From a virus, in the IMG/VR virus record IMGVR_UViG_3300029880_000008, positions 22,660 through 86,659 of that record: a DNA stretch of 64,000 nucleotides; one strand, given 5' to 3'. Each line of letters opens with the position of its first letter. Within the stretch, counting starts at the first letter, position 1. Under the pieces are notes generated by a model, which worked only from the letters and a program-made list of their open reading frames with translations, was not told the origin of the DNA and did no database searches. The position numbers were made by a program, and so were the translations under genes. Of this stretch, positions 62,477 through 64,000 are shown one piece after another.

Positions 62477-62508
62477 ATTCTATCTTTTATGCCCGAAGGC
62501 GTTATAAA

Positions 62509-62775
62509 CTAATGTAAAAAAATATTTTTATCACCTAAATCTTTTAATGCTATATCCTTACACTTTTGGCAAAGAAATTTGTTTCCCATGCCTTTGTCAA
62601 AACATGCTAAAGAAATAAAATCTTCTGGTTGGAATTTGTGACCACAGCAAAAGCAAGTCTTTTGTACTGACAAATTAGAACTCTCACGCAACTCTTTAAA
62701 ATGTGCAAACGTCCCAAAGTAGTGTCCTTTTTCACACCCTACAGCTTTGTAGACTTTCTTAATTATTACTTCCAT
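62509..62775 (-). CDS. zinc-ribbon protein (88 aa)
   Basis: ORF track. SD GGAGGTGTAGGTATG lies upstream. Contains CEKGH...CFCCGH...CQKCKD. Confidence 0.55.
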   Translation of the reverse strand: MEVIIKKVYKAVGCEKGHYFGTFAHFKELRESSNLSVQKTCFCCGHKFQPEDFISLACFDKGMGNKFLCQKCKDIALKDLGDKNIFLH

Positions 62776-62777
62776 AC

Positions 62778-63227
62778 CTACACCTCCATTTCGTGTTTGA
62801 TGCCTATCCCGAATAGAAGGTGCTGGAGTTCATGAACATACTTAATGTATGCAATTTGTGTACATACATTGTTGTATGTAAACGGATATACATCAAACTC
62901 TTTACCGATACCTTTTTCTATGTAGATAGGGAAATATCCATATTCTTCAATATCGGGTTTTGTATATACCAAATGACTATTCTTTATTCCTCTGCTCATC
63001 ACTTTTCTCTCCCATCCATTCTTCTCTAGAATCTCTGGAGTGATAGGAATCGGACGAATAGCATTATTACTAATAGAGTATGTTGTACTACTATCGTTTA
63101 ACATGACTACCTTAAGAAAGCCACCACTCAATGAAGATATTACTTTGAATATTTTATCTTTAGCAAATTGAAGTGCTGACTCCTTTACCATCACCAAATC
63201 ACCTGGTATATATTCTAACTTATTCAT
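62778..63227 (-). CDS. hypothetical protein (149 aa)
   Basis: ORF track. Confidence 0.6.
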   Translation of the reverse strand: MNKLEYIPGDLVMVKESALQFAKDKIFKVISSLSGGFLKVVMLNDSSTTYSISNNAIRPIPITPEILEKNGWERKVMSRGIKNSHLVYTKPDIEEYGYFPIYIEKGIGKEFDVYPFTYNNVCTQIAYIKYVHELQHLLFGIGIKHEMEV

Positions 63228-63232
63228 ACACT

Positions 63233-63463
63233 TTACTTTTTACGATGATTATACTTTTTGATAGCATCCTTCTTAGAAGCTGCCATAATTTTAACACCCT
63301 TGATAGTGAACTCATGCTGCGCTTTTGTCTGACACTTCTGTTTGTCGGATGGAATGTTGCCTTTCGGAACATTAAATCTAACACGTGGAAGACAAGAAGG
63401 AAAATCACCCATCTGATAATCTATTTCTGTTTTTATTCCAATCATTGATAATAATCCATTCAT
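63233..63463 (-). CDS. hypothetical basic protein (76 aa)
   Basis: ORF track. SD AAAGGAGTAAAAATATG lies upstream. Confidence 0.5.
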   Translation of the reverse strand: MNGLLSMIGIKTEIDYQMGDFPSCLPRVRFNVPKGNIPSDKQKCQTKAQHEFTIKGVKIMAASKKDAIKKYNHRKK

Positions 63464-63490
63464 ATTTTTACTCCTTTACTTCTTTAAAGA

Positions 63491-63643
63491 TTACATTCTT
63501 GTGGTCTGAGCGTTCTTTGATGCTACAATGGTATTGCTGCCATACTTCGCAAAACTTTTTGCTATCAAAGAAACAACCTTTACAAGATTCTTTATCAGTC
63601 TCGGTAACTTCAAGAATAACTCTCCAACTTTAAGTTCTTTCAT
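63491..63643 (-). CDS. possible small protein (50 aa)
   Basis: Hand translation: MKELKVGELFLKLPRLIKNLVKVVSLIAKSFAKYGSNTIVASKNAQTTRM. Its ATG lies 1 nt after the upstream stop. The composition is unconvincing. Confidence 0.25.
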   Translation of the reverse strand: MKELKVGELFLKLPRLIKNLVKVVSLIAKSFAKYGSNTIVASKNAQTTRM

Positions 63644-63644
63644 A

Positions 63645-63806
63645 TCAAAACGCAATTCTAAAATCCTTACCTTTCAAAGTAGGTCTCTTTTGGAGGACAA
63701 ACTTCTCTAATTCTTCAAAATCTATCGGAAAGAGCGCACAATATTTATACTTTAATGTGCAGATGAATCTTCCGTTGAGCATTATATCAAATACAAATGT
63801 TTTCAT
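63645..63806 (-). CDS. small hypothetical protein (53 aa)
   Basis: Hand translation: MKTFVFDIMLNGRFICTLKYKYCALFPIDFEELEKFVLQKRPTLKGKDFRIAF. A strong SD GGAAGGAGGCGAACAATG lies upstream. Confidence 0.45.
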   Translation of the reverse strand: MKTFVFDIMLNGRFICTLKYKYCALFPIDFEELEKFVLQKRPTLKGKDFRIAF

Positions 63807-64000
63807 TGTTCGCCTCCTTCCTTTGGGAATAAATCATCAATATAAAGCCAACGAATAATACCATAATATTCAACAGCTTTATTCCAATAAGAACTTCTAA
63901 AGAAGCTAGTTTTAATAATTTGATATCCTTCCCTATCTCTACCATCAAATAATATTGGACTTGTATTAGCAATTGGCTCTTCATTAGCAGGATGCTATAA

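Noticed and set aside
63787-64000. ORFs at the right window edge
   Set aside because: The 65-aa ORF (63787..63984) has an odd hydrophobic, low-complexity composition and overlaps the SD-led gene 63645..63806. Another frame (…FDGRDREGYQIIKTSFFRSSYWNKAVEYYGIIRWLYIDDLFPKEGGEQ*) looks more protein-like but has no start codon, and an in-frame TAG lies at 63995-63997. This cannot be resolved without sequence beyond the window.
1-64000. tRNA, rRNA, tmRNA, RNase P RNA, integrase or transposase genes
   Set aside because: I looked for T-loop (GTTCRANYC) and acceptor-like patterns, the RNase P P4 consensus, and recombinase-like ORFs, and saw none. This was a by-eye scan, so tRNAscan-SE or Infernal should confirm it.

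Overview
The whole 64 kb window reads as one tailed dsDNA phage or prophage with a siphovirus-like gene order. Expression signals are Bacteroidota-like: repeated TAnnTTTG(CA) -7 boxes and mostly SD-less starts in an RATTATG context. I found no tRNA, rRNA, CRISPR array, integrase or transposase.

Layout:
- 1-15.5 kb: a leftward array of about 35 small genes of mostly unknown function. They are separated by a stereotyped intergenic unit (AGCC[T]AAAA, a variable hairpin, then TAACCAA-N9-15-RATTATG). The array contains an orphan group-II-like reverse transcriptase (7014-8279).
- 5870-7013: directly 3' of that RT lies a ~1.1 kb ORF-free, G+C-enriched, hairpin-dense segment. I consider this RT plus putative large structured RNA the best candidate for an undescribed system.
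- 14.3-16.4 kb: ORF-free and AT-rich control or origin-like regions.
- 16.4-21.2 kb: rightward replication and accessory genes, including a D5/P4-type SF3 helicase.
- 21.4-26.1 kb: leftward packaging genes (TerL, portal, MuF-like).
- 26.2-50.2 kb: rightward head and tail genes. These are scaffold, capsid, connectors, major tail protein, a chaperone with a -1 frameshift on an A10 run, a 2060-aa tape measure, Dit-like and Tal-like proteins, and fibres.
- 45054-48281: a textbook DGR sits inside the fibre module. VR 46113-46232 and TR 46488-46607 differ at 18 positions, all of them TR adenines. No Avd is present.
- 50.2-56.4 kb: a moron-like cassette, five unknown genes and a lysis cassette.
- 56.5-64 kb: a leftward accessory module with MazG, ASCH and a DUF2829/Tad2-like protein. 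Many of its genes use strong AGGAGG Shine-Dalgarno sites, unlike the rest of the window.

Functional calls come from motifs I recognise by eye. No database search was run.
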